The notes: generated by a model not told the origin, from the sequence alone. Numbered from the stretch's first letter, positions 13,208 through 25,080 are shown. The stretch is DNA of 64,000 nucleotides from Anolis carolinensis (GCF_035594765.1 NW_026943821.1:17825608-17889607); one strand, 5' to 3'. Numbers and translations are program-made.

Positions 13208-13631
13208 ATGTGGACAATTTCAACAGAAAGGAGGAAACCATGAAAATGAACAAAATCTGGCTACCAGTATTAAAAAACTCAAAAATCAGAACAGTAAATA
13301 AAAAGCAACACTCTGAAAACAGAGGCATTCCAGACATGAATCAACCAGGGGCAGCTAATGACTCTGAACAAAGGATGCCCCCACGCAGGAAGAAGCCAGG
13401 AGATGAAGCTATTCAATGCTAATTTAGGTGATTAACTACAACATTCACACTGGCCTCCCAACTGACAAGAATTCTCCCACCCTGGACTTTCCAGAGATAT
13501 ATATAAACCTTCCTTGCTTAGTTTCTCCATACCTCACAACCTCTGAGGATGCCTGCCATAGATGTGGGCTAAACGTCAGGAGAGAATACTTCTGGAACAT
13601 GGCCATACAGCCCGGAAAACATACAACAACC
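13208..13631 (+). mobile_element. Penelope-like element 3' fragment
   Basis: DNFNRKEETMKMNKIW plus pseudo-LTR, as at 10.5-10.9 kb. Confidence 0.85.
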
Positions 13632-15023
13632 AAGAATGGGAGGTTTTCCTAGAGCATCGCCTTCCCACTTGAAAATAAGTTTCCAGCCAATTTCATGCAA
13701 ATAGTGGAAGGACATGACAGACCATCTGCAAATAGGCCCAACCCTAGTGCACCTAAAATGTATTATAATTGCCCCAAGAATGTTATAGCTAAGAACCAAA
13801 CCCAATTACTGGATGCTCCAGTATCTGCCTCGAATTTTCTGCTGTTTTCCGTAAATATGGAGAGGACGTGCTAAAGAGCTACTTCTACACACTTTTGTTA
13901 TTGCAGTCTTGCCAAGCCACATTCCTCCTCTTTTAACTGCTCTGGACAAATAGAGGACAGGGTGGAGGGCATAGTTCAGGACTGTGAAGGAACTCTGTTG
14001 GCTGAGAAAAACAGTTTGCTTCTCATGCTTTCCTATTAATATCCAAGTTTCTACCACCATTTAGCTCCAGTTGCCAATCATCCCTTCTTCCATTTGCTCC
14101 AACAATATCTACAAATCCATCAAGAGGATCCACTGGACGGAACTGACACTGGCATATCTCCAGAAATTTCAGGACACAGTAGCTGCCCACCAAATTCATA
14201 TATTTTTTCTGACGTTGCATGAAACAAAAGATTATTTAAATATTTGGTGTATGTAAAAAGCCAGTGGTTAGAGCACTGGACAATTACTCTGGAGGACTAG
14301 GGTTAAAATCCCCACTTGGCTATGGAAATCCACTGCAGGTTTCACTTTCTCAATCTTATGAGATAAAGGCAAACTCTCTAAACAAATTATGCCAAGAAAA
14401 CCATGTGCCTTGGGTTGTGAAAAGTCAGAAGCAACTTGAATCCATATTACAGATATATTCTAACTATCTTGGATCTAATTCTGTCAGCTCTGGTAAGGTA
14501 TTTGCTCTTATCACCTGCACACATATTTCAAGACACTTTCTCCCTTACATGAAGTACATCAGAATTGCTAAGTTGTTCCCGTGCTGCACTGTTCTCTTGA
14601 TAAACATTTGGTACTCGGTCTAAATCACGTTTACAGAGATGAGACACTTCGGCATCAAATAGAAAATACCTGGGACAAGATGAGGCAGGCAGTCTAGAAA
14701 AGATTAAATAAACCTGATATTTGAACATTCCTGGGTACAGTGTGGATTGGATTAAAATGGAGAAACTGAGAATTATCTTTAATTGCAGAATTGGATGTTA
14801 GAGAACAGTTGTTCCCAACCTTTGTTTTGAACTTCAGCTCCTACAATTCCTAACAGTGGGCAAGATGGAAGGGATTTTTGGGAATTGAAATCCAAAACAA
14901 TTGGAGGATCAAAGGTTGGGAACTACTGTTCTAAAAAGCGAGACACATTACAGACTTAATGTACACAGTATCTGTAAACTCAGAGACAATGTATTTTTTA
15001 TAGGTAGTCATTTCCAATTGCTA

Positions 15024-15433
15024 CCTTGTTTCCCCGAAAATAAGACATCCCCAGAAAATAAGACCTAGTAGAGGTTTTGCCGAATTGCTAAATATAAGGC
15101 CTCTCCCGAAAGTAAGACCTAGCAAAGTTTTTGTTTGGAAGCATGCCTGCCAAACAGAACACCAGAGCATGCAGGATCGGTAAATGTACGTACTATAGAT
15201 TGTTGTATATGGAAATAATGACAGTAACAAGAAATTCTTGATAAGATTCAGTTTGTTTGGTTATGCTGGTTTGTGATGACAACTGTACAGCATATAATAA
15301 ATGTTCATTTTTTGTACAACAATTAATGTGAATTCTTCATGGAAAAATAAGACATCACCTGAAAATAAGACCTAGCGCATCTTTAGGAGCAAAAATTAAT
15401 ATAAGACACTGTCTTATTTTCGGGGAAACACGG
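15024..15433. mobile_element. Non-autonomous Tc1/mariner-superfamily (Tc2/pogo-like) MITE
   Basis: TIRs CC(T/G)TGTTTCCCCGAAAATAAGAC, flanking TA duplication. Confidence 0.85.
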
Positions 15434-15942
15434 TAGCTTCTTATACAATGTTTGGGCTTTATGGAAAGTATTAAATTTGAATACTGTTTCTGAGATATCA
15501 CCGAATAAGAGATCAAATATGCAACGGTCTCTTGTAGCACTAAAGAAACTGATATGAAGTTAGTAGCATACGCTTTCATAGACTTAAGCACTTCTACACA
15601 TACACGAGATATAAAGTTGCTGTTTTCTATGCCATTGTAACTTATACTATGGTTATGATGTAGAAGAAAATGACTTCATGTTCACTTAACCAAAAGGAGG
15701 AAGTAGGGGAGTACTGAATCTGCCTAACAGTATGAATGAAAGGGGGGGGGGCATGACTTGCTGAAAAGGTTTTGGTAATGCAAACAGCTACCATCTACAG
15801 ACACTATAAGCTGTTCTGTTAGTATGGGCAGAAAGTTTTAAATGTCATCCCAGCCCCTTCAAGATACAATATAATATAAATAAGGCTAGATATATCATAG
15901 TATTTTATAATCAACACATCCACTGGGAAAGAGAGTGAACTG

Positions 15943-15948
15943 TTTATT
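15943..15948 (-). terminator. ATP5IF1: Probable ATP5IF1 polyadenylation signal
   Basis: Minus-strand AATAAA about 80 nt after the stop codon. Confidence 0.65.
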
Positions 15949-16027
15949 TTCCACTGTTAGGAGAAACAAATCTTTATGACAGCATCATTTCCAGAGTAAT
16001 GCCAGACATCAGTAAGGATTCTGCGAC

Positions 16028-16169
16028 TTAATCATCATCACTAAACTTTTTAATCTTGGACTTATGACGTTGAATTTCCTTCTGCAGCCGCTCAATTTCT
16101 TTCTGATGGTGATTTATTTCCTCTTCATGGTGTTTTTTCAACTGTGACAACTGCTCCTGCTGCAATTTC
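16028..16169 (-). CDS. ATP5IF1: ATP synthase inhibitory factor 1, exon 3 ([46 protein letters not shown])
   Basis: tag| acceptor, TAA stop; His pairs and coiled coil typical of IF1. Confidence 0.96.
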
Positions 16170-16613
16170 CTATAACAGCAAGACATCAGTTAATAAAACA
16201 GGTTCAATTTTTACATTTCAGCTAAAATCAATTAGCAAAAATTTAAATAAATTTATTTATTTCATTTCAGAAGCAAATCGAGAATACAGTTATAATGTAT
16301 TATAACTTCAAGCTTCAGGGCCTGGCTGATTCCTGCCTGGGGGAATCCTTTGTTGGGAGGTGTTAGGTCGCCCATTCATGTCCTAGGATTGGACCACTCA
16401 AAGGCTCGTGGATGATTGTTAAGATTTTTTATGTTTTTATAGTTATGCTTTTTTAAACCACGGTTGGCTTAATCTGTTTTTAGTGCAATGCTTGTGTTTT
16501 AATTGTTTATTTTATGATGTTGTGATCTGATTGGGCTTGTCCTCGTGTAAGCTGCTCCGAGTCCCTTCGGGGAGATGGTGGCGGCATACAAAAATAAAGT
16601 TATTATTATTATT

Positions 16614-17070
16614 GACACAACAACATAGTATGACACACCAAACAAGATAGATATACTGGATTTCGTATCACATAATTACAAGTAGAACCCTTGCCAAGCG
16701 TCTAGGACTGTGTGATGTATTTTTGGATGATGCGCACAGATCCCAGTAAAGTGGCCTTTTGCAGTTGGCAGATTGTAATTTTGTCAGTCTATTGTTTCCA
16801 AATGCCGGCTGAGATCTTTTGGCATGGTACCCAGTATGCCGATCACTACCGGGACCACCTGCACTGGTTTCTGCCAGAGTCTTTGAAGTTCGATCTTGAG
16901 GTCCTGATAGCGGCTGAGTTTTTCCTGTTGTTTTTCATCAATCCGACTGTCACCTGGGATGGCAACATCAATAATCCAAACCTTTTTCTTTTCCACAACT
17001 GTGATGTGTGTTGTGTTCCAGAACTTTGTCAGTCTGGATTCGGAAGTCCCACAGTATCTTTGCATGTTCA
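16614..17070 (-). mobile_element. R4/Dong-type non-LTR retrotransposon 3' fragment (restriction-like endonuclease) in a (TAA)n microsatellite
   Basis: IIDVAIPGDSRIDEKQQEKLSRYQDL...VVPVVIG motif; (TTA)n on both sides, the known Dong-type target. Confidence 0.85.
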
Positions 17071-17093
17071 TTATTATTATTATTATTATTATG

Positions 17094-17346
17094 TCAGGAG
17101 AAACCGGAGTTGCTTCTGGAGTGAGAGAATTGGCCGTCTGCAAGGACGTTGCCCAGGGGACGCCCAGAAGTTTTTGATGTTTTGTGGGAGGCTTCTCTCA
17201 TGTCCCCGCATGGAGCTGGAGCTGGAGCTGAAAGAGGGAGCTCATCCGTGCTCTCCCCAGGTCTGATTCGAACCTGGCAGCTTTCAGGTCAGCAACCCAA
17301 CCTTCAAGTCACAAGGCTTTTATCCCCTAGGCCATCGGAGGCTCCT
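17094..17346 (-). mobile_element. tRNA-headed SINE of a second family (also about 21626-21855 and 47660-47905)
   Basis: Three mutually similar copies with a B-box-like GGTTCGAA and a shared 3' tail. Confidence 0.7.
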
Positions 17347-17352
17347 TCATTA

Positions 17353-17400
<48 letters not shown>

Positions 17401-17536
17401 CAGGTGGCCCTGAAGTGACTTGTAGTTTCTCAAGTCATTCCTGACCCCCCCAAAAAAGTAGGCCCTGACTGATTCATGTCTGGAAATCCTTCAGAGTGTT
17501 GTTCTTTATTTACTGTCCTGATTTTAGAGTTTTTTT

Positions 17537-18048
17537 AATTTTTTTTAATATATATTTTTATTGAAGTTTTACCTTATAAGATAGAGTAAATTAACATTGA
17601 AAGAGTGAGAACATTTGATTGTATAGAAAGTGGGAAAACTGAGATTTAAAAAGGATCAAAAAGGGAGAGAGAGAAAACCAAAAACCAAAAACAAAGCTAA
17701 AATGTCCATATTTATATAAAAAAGAAAAAAAATCTGAACAAATGGCGATATAAAAATGCAAAGTACTTGGCAAAGAAATACACCAAAAAGCAAAAGCAAA
17801 AAGCTCACTGTTTCACAACCTGTTCACAAGCCACCAGCAATTGTGAACTGTAGTTCTTTTTTCTTTCTTCATCATGACCTTTTTTTTTTCCACAGAAGGA
17901 AGTTAAACGAGTGGTGAAAATTAAAATTTATAATAGTCAAATTTGAAACCCCCACGTTGAAATGGTCTTTCCTTCTAAAAACCTTTTGAAGGGATCCCAG
18001 ACTTTCCTAAACTCAGAAGGGTCTTTTGACTGGAGATACCCTGTCAGA
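17537..18048 (-). mobile_element. L1-clade LINE 3' fragment inserted into a Penelope remnant
   Basis: C-terminal ...EFRKVWDPFKRFLEG...*, T-rich 3'UTR, AATAAA and A-tail on the minus strand; duplicated flank attttagagttttt at 17521 and 18049. Confidence 0.7.
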
Positions 18049-18183
18049 ATTTTAGAGTTTTTAAATACTGGTAGCCAGATTTTGTTCATTTTCACTTTTG
18101 GCTCCTCGTCTCTTCCCATTCCAGCTAGTCACAGAACATAAGAACATCCAGGTGTGGTATAGTTATTCGCTTCAGAAACCTAC

Positions 18184-18269
18184 CTGAAATAGCGCTCCTC
18201 GTCAGCCGCTTCCTTTTTGCCAAAGGTGCCGCCAGCCTCACGGATCGCTCCGCTTTTACCAGACCCGTA
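18184..18269 (-). CDS. ATP5IF1: ATP5IF1 exon 2 (YGSGKSGAIREAGGTFGKKEAADEERYFR)
   Basis: cag|...AG|gtagg; IREAGGxFGK...EERYFR inhibitory motif. Confidence 0.96.
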
Positions 18270-18364
18270 CTGGGACAGAGAAAAGGGGAAAGGCAACATG
18301 GGAGGGAGGCTTCGGCTTGGCTCCTTGTCCCGGCCCTCCCCTCCGTAGGCCGTCCCCTCCCTAC

Positions 18365-18463
18365 CTGATCGGGGCCTCCGTTGGAGCTCCAAGCCCGCTG
18401 CTGCTGTGGGAGAGCCATGGCCCCGCGCAGGCCACACCTCAGTACCGAGCCCACAGCCGCCAT
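18365..18463 (-). CDS. ATP5IF1: ATP5IF1 exon 1, mitochondrial transit peptide (MAAVGSVLRCGLRGAMALPQQQRAWSSNGGPDQ)
   Basis: ATG at 18463-18461, donor |gtaggg, 95-nt intron 1; spliced product 108 aa. Confidence 0.9.
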
Positions 18464-18750
18464 GACAGCTCCGTCCGTCCTTGGCGAGGGTTGGACCGAA
18501 GTCTGAACTAAGCACAGAAGGACTTCCGGGATCGGGCGGAAGAGGTGGGAAAAGAAAAAGCAAAGCCAATCGTCGCAAAGCCCGCGAGCCAATACTTTAG
18601 TGTCAATCGGAAGAAAAAAGGTTCAGAGAAAGAGCGGGAGGCGTTACTTCCGGCAACAGAAGGAAGCCTCTAGATTCGTTTTGGCGTCGCTTGGCCTACA
18701 ATACCGCGCGTTATGGCCAAGGAGGAAAGACTGTGGGAGCTGTGGTCCTG
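18464..18750 (-). promoter_or_regulatory. ATP5IF1: ATP5IF1 CpG-island promoter
   Basis: ETS/GABP-type ACTTCCGG at about 18522 and 18646, CCAAT at about 18566 and 18589, ZNF143-like TGGGAGCTGTGGT at about 18734-18746. Confidence 0.75.
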
Positions 18751-18773
18751 GGCTTTCTTCTTAGTGTAATACA

Positions 18774-18827
<54 letters not shown>

Positions 18828-18917
18828 ACTATTGTATTTGTATATTTATATTACATGTAATATTACTAATAATATTGCAATATAGTCGTATACTACAATA
18901 TAATGATATATAATGCT

Positions 18918-19819
18918 TGTGACAGCACGCTGGGGGAAGGGAAGACTATTGTGTCTGGCTACCCAAGCGGCGATCGGTATACCCTATTATTATTCCTCAA
19001 ACTTTAAAGTAATCACTCTTGAAGCTGGTTCAGATAACCAAAAGTATATTTATTGAACACAGGAAATGGTAATTTCAAGCAAAAATATTGAATGTTGAAT
19101 CAGAAACATATAATAGAAAATAGAGATTATAGATTGAGTTTACACAGAAAATAAACCTTTTGCTGTATTAGAAGCAATATGAGGTAAAAACACTGAAAAT
19201 ATAAAGAAATAAAACTATATTGATTGAGAATGAAGGCTATAAAGACTATATGAGATAAGCACACAAGCTATGAGGAAACTAAGGTAAGGCAGGTACTAGG
19301 CTGTGAGGTGAGGTAAGTGCCAGCTGTTAAGCACCTAAAGCTATGAGGAAACTATATGGTAAATACAAGGCTATGAGGTAAACTATAAGCTAAGATATCT
19401 TTGAGGTAAGTGCTAGCTATGGTGAACTATAAGCTATGCTTTTGGTAAGTACTTAACCCTAAGCCACCCTGAGTCCCCTCGGGTGAGAAGGGCAGGGTAT
19501 AAATAATTGAAATAAATTGAAATAATACTTTAGGCTATAATAACTATGTGGTAATTACGTGATATAAATTGCCTTTATTGGTTTGCCAGGCCAAAAGGAA
19601 CCCAGACAATTCTTTTAACCTAACTCTAAGAAGCTTTGCTCTGGAATACAAAAGGAGGGGAAAAAGCCTTTAGAGACTAGCTCACAGGCTGAATCATTTC
19701 ATCCAAACCTATAGGGGAGTCCCAAGTTCCACCCCGAAAACAAGAGCCAATGGAACATTCCACCCAAGAACAGCAAAGCAGGAAATTAGCAGGGGATAGG
19801 AACCCAGTAAGACACCACA
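18918..19819 (-). mobile_element. Solo LTR (902 bp)
   Basis: TGT...ACA termini, 5-bp TSD ATGCT (18913-18917 and 19820-19824), minus-strand AATAAA at 19049-19054. Confidence 0.8.
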
Positions 19820-20106
19820 ATGCTTATATAGTGCTTATATTGTGCTATACTAATAATATAATATATTGTATGTATATATAACTTGTAAGCTGTCCTGAGT
19901 CCCCTTCGGGGTGAGGAAGGAGGGATATAAATATCGCTAATAAATAACAGGATTTGCCTTGACCTTCCTCTGAGGCTTGGAGAGTACCTTGCCCAGGGAC
20001 CCATGGTCGCCAGAGACCAAGGCGCAGCCCACTGCACCAGGATGTTTCTCACACTTATGTGGGGACAGGCTTTATGGGGCTCTGGCCTTTACTTGTCAGT
20101 AGGCAA

Positions 20107-21055
20107 TAGAGGTGTGCATTCGTATAGAATTGCTCTGCCAATGTATTGCTTCCTGTCTATAGTAGGCATTAATTCTTCTTTGCCCACCCCGAATTGTCAT
20201 TTTCTTCGTTATAATACAGCACTTTATTATTGATCTCCTCAGACTCCTAACCATGCACACAATGCATTTTGCCCAGTCTTTTATTATCTTACTCTGCTTT
20301 GTTCCTTATGGCGGTTTACTGTTGTTTTAGTACTTTTAAACTGTTTAAATTTTTACTGCTTCTGATATTATTTGTTCTGATTGTATATTATTTGTTTGAT
20401 TTGTTTTGTTATGATTATTTGGGCTTGGCCCCATGTTAGCTGCCCCTAGTCCCTACAGGGAGATGGTGGCGAGATATAAAAATAAAGTTATTATTATTAT
20501 TACTCATTTTGTGTAGTTTCATTTGTGTCATCTCATTTTCCTATTCGTGCCCCGCTAACTAAAATGGGTTGCCTAAACAACACAAATTTTCATCTGGCTT
20601 ACAAAAAACTCTAAAAATTTTCGAAGCATTGGTTGCAATGGGAGGGCTTCCGAGGCTCTCTCCCGGACCCAGACTCATTTTAGGGTGCCAGAATAAGTGC
20701 TGTTCTTAATATTCATAATGATCACCAAGACCCATTGATCCACATCGGATGTAATTGGGAGGCACTGCTCTCCTGGACCCAGACTCAGCTTAGGATACCA
20801 GAGTAACTATCATTATTTATATTATTATTATTAACACCCATTGGTACACATCAGCTTTAATGGGAAAGCAGCCTTCTGTCAGTACCTGCCTATTGTTACG
20901 GGGCCAAAATGAAAGCAAGCACGATGACTGTGTGGCTTTTATTTTTGTGTCGCTTCTTGTTTCCTATGAAAATGGTGTGATTTGTTTTGTGTAGATGGTC
21001 AAAACAAAACAATAGCACGATAGAAACGAAGGAAATTTTTTCACGCACACCTCTA
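20107..21055. mobile_element. hAT-like non-autonomous DNA transposon with a nested LINE tail
   Basis: 11-bp TIR TAGAGGTGTGC...GCACACCTCTA; TAGGCAA duplicated on both sides. Confidence 0.7.
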
Positions 21056-21102
21056 TAGGCAAGCAGACAGCAGGACATTTTGGAAAAAGTAGAATCATGT
21101 TA

Positions 21103-21405
21103 AGGCCCCTGGTAGCACAGAGGGTTAAACCACTGAGCTGCTGAACTTGCTGACCGAAAGGTCAGTGGTTCAAATCTGCGGAGCGGAATGAGCTGCCGCT
21201 GTTAGCCTTAGCTTCTGCCAACGTAGCAGTTCGTAAACATGCAAATGTGAGTAGATCAATAGTTCTACACAGTCATGCCAGCCACATGACCTTGGAGGTG
21301 TTTATGGACAATGCCGGCTCTTCGGCTTAGGAATGGAGATGAGCACCGACCCCCAGAGTCGAACATGACTAGACATAATGTCAGGGGGAAATCTCTACCT
21401 TTACC
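21103..21405 (+). mobile_element. Sauria SINE with an internal deletion
   Basis: Similarity to the 12283-12602 copy. Confidence 0.85.
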
Positions 21406-21899
21406 TGTTATGTTACAAAGACCATAACCTTTTGGGAAAGAGCATTCAAAACCTTTTGGAAACATAACCTTTTGGAATGGCATGACTTCTAGAGAAGAGC
21501 TAAAATCTCTCTAGTGGTAAATATCCACTAGTATTCATGCAAGGCAAATTCTTCAGTTACAAGACTGAACCTATTGTCTCTGATCTGTTAGGCACATATA
21601 TGCCAATAGTTTTTTTGTGTGTGTGTCAGTTGCTTCTGGAGAGAATTGGCTGTCTGCAAGGATGTTGCCATGGGGACGCCCGGATATTTTTGATGTTTTT
21701 ACCATCCTTGTGGGAGGCTTCTCTCGTGGAGCTGGAGCTGATAGAGGGAGCTCATCCGCGCTCTCCCCAGGTGGGATTCGAACCTGGAAGCCTTCAGGTC
21801 AGCAACCCAACCTTCAAGTCACAAGGCTTTTATCCCCTAGGCCACCGAAGGCTCCATGCCAATACAGTTGAGAACTAGCCAGAGAAGGACATGAAAAAG

Positions 21900-22045
21900 T
21901 GTGCACTGCCCCTTTAAGAGGCCCTCTTCTCCGGCGTCTCACTGCCGGCCAGGAGGGTGACTGAGCGCGGGCGGTGCTTCCGCCGGAAAAAGCAAGAGCC
22001 CGCGTCACATGGAAAGGGTGCGCGGAAGGTCACGTGGGGCAAAAG
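21900..22045 (+). promoter_or_regulatory. DNAJC8: DNAJC8 CpG-island promoter
   Basis: E-box GTCACGTG at 22029-22036, ETS CGGAAG, YY1 AAGATGGCGGC overlapping the ATG. Confidence 0.75.
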
Positions 22046-22114
22046 ATGGCGGCTCCAGAAGAGCGAGAGGCGGGCGGCGGGGCTGAGGCGGCGTTTCTCA
22101 CTTTCTACACGGAG
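22046..22114 (+). CDS. DNAJC8: DnaJ homolog subfamily C member 8, exon 1 (MAAPEEREAGGGAEAAFLTFYTE)
   Basis: ATG in strong context, donor |gtaact; AFxTFYxE motif. Confidence 0.93.
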
Positions 22115-22503
22115 GTAACTGCCACCGACTGGCCTTCCTCTCTTCCTCTCCGGGTGGGCCTCCTCCCGTGGGCAGCGAAGCACCGAGGGAGCCTGGCTTT
22201 TCCTTCACCTTTCACAGGCCCACTTTCATCCATTGACTCGGGAGAAAGCTTTTCTGAGGCTTGCTGGTCTCACTGCGGGGCTGTTTCGATAATGATGGGT
22301 GGTTGGTGGCCTGCTTAGCACGCAGTTTGGCAAAAGCCAGAATGTTTGACATTTTCTGGGGATGAAAAGAGCTGGGTTGCTGAGAAAGGGCTTCAAAATT
22401 ATATGTATTTACAATATAACATATTGTATATACATATAATATTCATCATATTATATTGTAATTCGATATAATACTAATAATACAATATAATATTAATTAT
22501 GTA

Positions 22504-22811
22504 CAGTAGAGTCTCACTTATCCGAGCTAAACAGGCTGGCAGAAGCTTGGATAAGCGAATTTCTTGGATAATAAGGAGGGATTAAGGAAAAACCTATTAA
22601 ACATCAAATTAGGTTATGATTTTACAAATTAAGCACCAGAACTTCATGTTATACAACAAATTTGACAGAAAAGGTAGTTCAATACACAGTAATGTTAAGG
22701 TGTAATTACTGTATTTACGAATTTAGCACCAAAATATCACGATATATTGAAAACATTGACTACAAAAATGGCTTGGATTATCCAGAGGCTTGGATAAGCG
22801 AGACTCTACTG
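22504..22811. mobile_element. Tc1/mariner (pogo/Tigger-like) MITE; other copies at 28694-29016, 42071-42386, 43086-43405, 49545-49879 and 63297-63619
   Basis: TIR CAGTAGAGTCTCACTTATCC, TA flanks, near-identical copies. Confidence 0.88.
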
Positions 22812-22898
22812 TATTATATTTTACATGTAGTATTACTAATAATATTATAATATATTGATATAGTACAGTATAGTGATTTATTGCCAGTATTATAGTAA

Positions 22899-23205
22899 AA
22901 GGTAAAGGTTTCCCCTGACGTTAAATCCAGTCATGTCTGACTCTGGGGGTTGGTGCTCATCTCCATTTCTAAGCCGAAGAGCCGGCGTTGTCCGTAGACA
23001 CCTCCAAGGTCATGTGGCCGGCATGACTGCATGGAGCGCCATTACCTTCCCGCCGGAGCGGTGCCTATTGATCTACTCACATTTGCATGTTTTTGAACTG
23101 CTAGGTTGGCAGAAGCTGGAGCTCACTCCGCTCCTGAGATTTGAATCTGGGACCTTTTGGTCTGCAAGTTCAGCAGCTCAGTGCTTTAACACACTTCGCC
23201 ACCAG
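22899..23205 (-). mobile_element. Sauria SINE
   Basis: Similarity to the other copies. Confidence 0.88.
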
Positions 23206-23776
23206 AGCTTGATATAGTACAATATAGTAATTTATTGTCAGTATTATACTATGCTAATAATATCATATTGTATGTAAATTTAATTTGTAAGCCGCTCTGA
23301 GGCCCCTTCAGGGTGAGAAAGATTGTATATAAATGTAGTAAATAAATAAATTCAGGGCAGGCCGCCTCCCTAGGATGACATAGAAGGGATCCTACTAATT
23401 AAAATACATTTCATTATTAAAACATATAATCCAAAAGCGAAGTCTAAGGCTCTTGAAACACGCAACCCCCTTATTCACCGTGTGCCTCTCTTGTCTCTTT
23501 CGAATAGGTCAGCCTCACAGTGTTGTAAAAACAAGCAACGAATCATGTGTGTGGTTCATTGACTTCACCATTACATTATTTTATACATCACACATCATCA
23601 TTTTATACTTTTAATGCACTTTAATTATTTCAGCCTTAGACTTCGCTTTTGGATTATATGTTTTAATATTGAAATGTATTTTAATTATGCTTTTTGTATG
23701 TATTAATTTTAACTCAATTTTATTTTACGGTTATGTTTTATATTTAAGGCACTGTATAGTAGTAGTAGTAGTAGTA

Positions 23777-23816
<40 letters not shown>

Positions 23817-24686
23817 GTTTATTTGTATCCCGCCTCCATCTCCCCCAAAGGGGACTCAGGGCAGCTCACAGAAATATCAGATACAAAACAATAACAATGT
23901 ACAATGCATCAATAAACAATAACATGCACCAGTTGTAGTATTTACACATTAACCAGAAAATTAAAAAACACTTATTAAAAACATAGAATTAAAAACAGTG
24001 AGGCTGTAATAGTAGATTAGCAAAGTGCACATTATAAGTTGCGAATTCAAAACATAGTTAAAGTTCTACAAGTTCGTTTGAGGTCAATTTGGGATGAGAG
24101 AAACCCTGAGCTAATGTCAAGTTTGTTAGTTCATTATGGCATTTAGTATTTGCCACTTTTGTTCTTGGGGAGATAGGGCGGGTTACAAATAAAGTTTATC
24201 ATGTTATCGAAGGCTTTCATGGCCAGAATCACTGGGTTGCTATGAGTTTTCCAGGCTGTATGGTCATGTTCCAGAAGCATTATCTCCTGATGTTTTGCCC
24301 ACATCTATGGCAGGCATCCTCACTTGCAGGGCTTCATAGTTAAATATTTTCTAGACTTAATAGGACTGCAGCGGTACTTGGCCTTTCTGTGTTCCTAAGG
24401 CCCACTTCTCGTTGAGCTTTCTGAGTGATAGAACTTTGGCCTGTGATTCTGTGGCATCTGTGACAAAAGCTGAAAGTCTGTCTTCTTTCATGGAAAATAC
24501 AGCATTTCAGGAAGGCTGGAATAAAAGTGTTACTCACAAAGCTGTACGCAAGGAGTTCATTAGGATACAGGGAAGCATTTATCTTATCTTGTTTTTTCTG
24601 CAGCTGAGGAAGTGATTAGCAAAGAAATCCATATATGACAAGACAAAATAAAATAAATAAATACAAAGCACAACGTTATACTAATA

Positions 24687-25080
24687 TGTTGTCAAAGGCT
24701 TTCATGGCCAGAATCATTGGGTCGTTGTGAGTTTTCCAGACTGTATGGCCATGTTCCAGAAGCATTCTCTCCCAATAAAGGATTCCCCCGGGCAAGAAGC
24801 AGCCAAGCTTTGAAGCTACAAGGCCATTCAATGCTAATCAAGGTGATCAATTGCAACATTCACACTTTCCTCAAACAGACAAGAGTTCTTTCTCCCTCCC
24901 TGGAGCTTCCAAAATATATAAATCTCCCTTGCCTAGTTTCCAATATACCTCACAACCTCTGAGGATGCCTGTAATAGATGTGGATGAAATTTCTGGAGAG
25001 AATGCTTCTGGAATATGATCATACAGCCCAGAAAACTCACAGCAACCCAGTGATTCCAGTCATGAAAGCCTTTGACAACA
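24687..25080. mobile_element. Penelope pseudo-LTR with inverted 5' segment
   Basis: tgttgtcaaaggctttcatgg...catgaaagcctttgacaaca inverted ends. Confidence 0.8.

Noticed and set aside
18125-18592. 155-aa and 132-aa ORFs over ATP5IF1
   Set aside because: Read-through of exon 1, intron 1 and exon 2 in two frames; the real product is the spliced 108-aa IF1.
19230-19560. Repeated gctatgagg units resembling a repeat-spacer array
   Set aside because: Irregular, degenerate units inside a eukaryotic solo LTR; not CRISPR.
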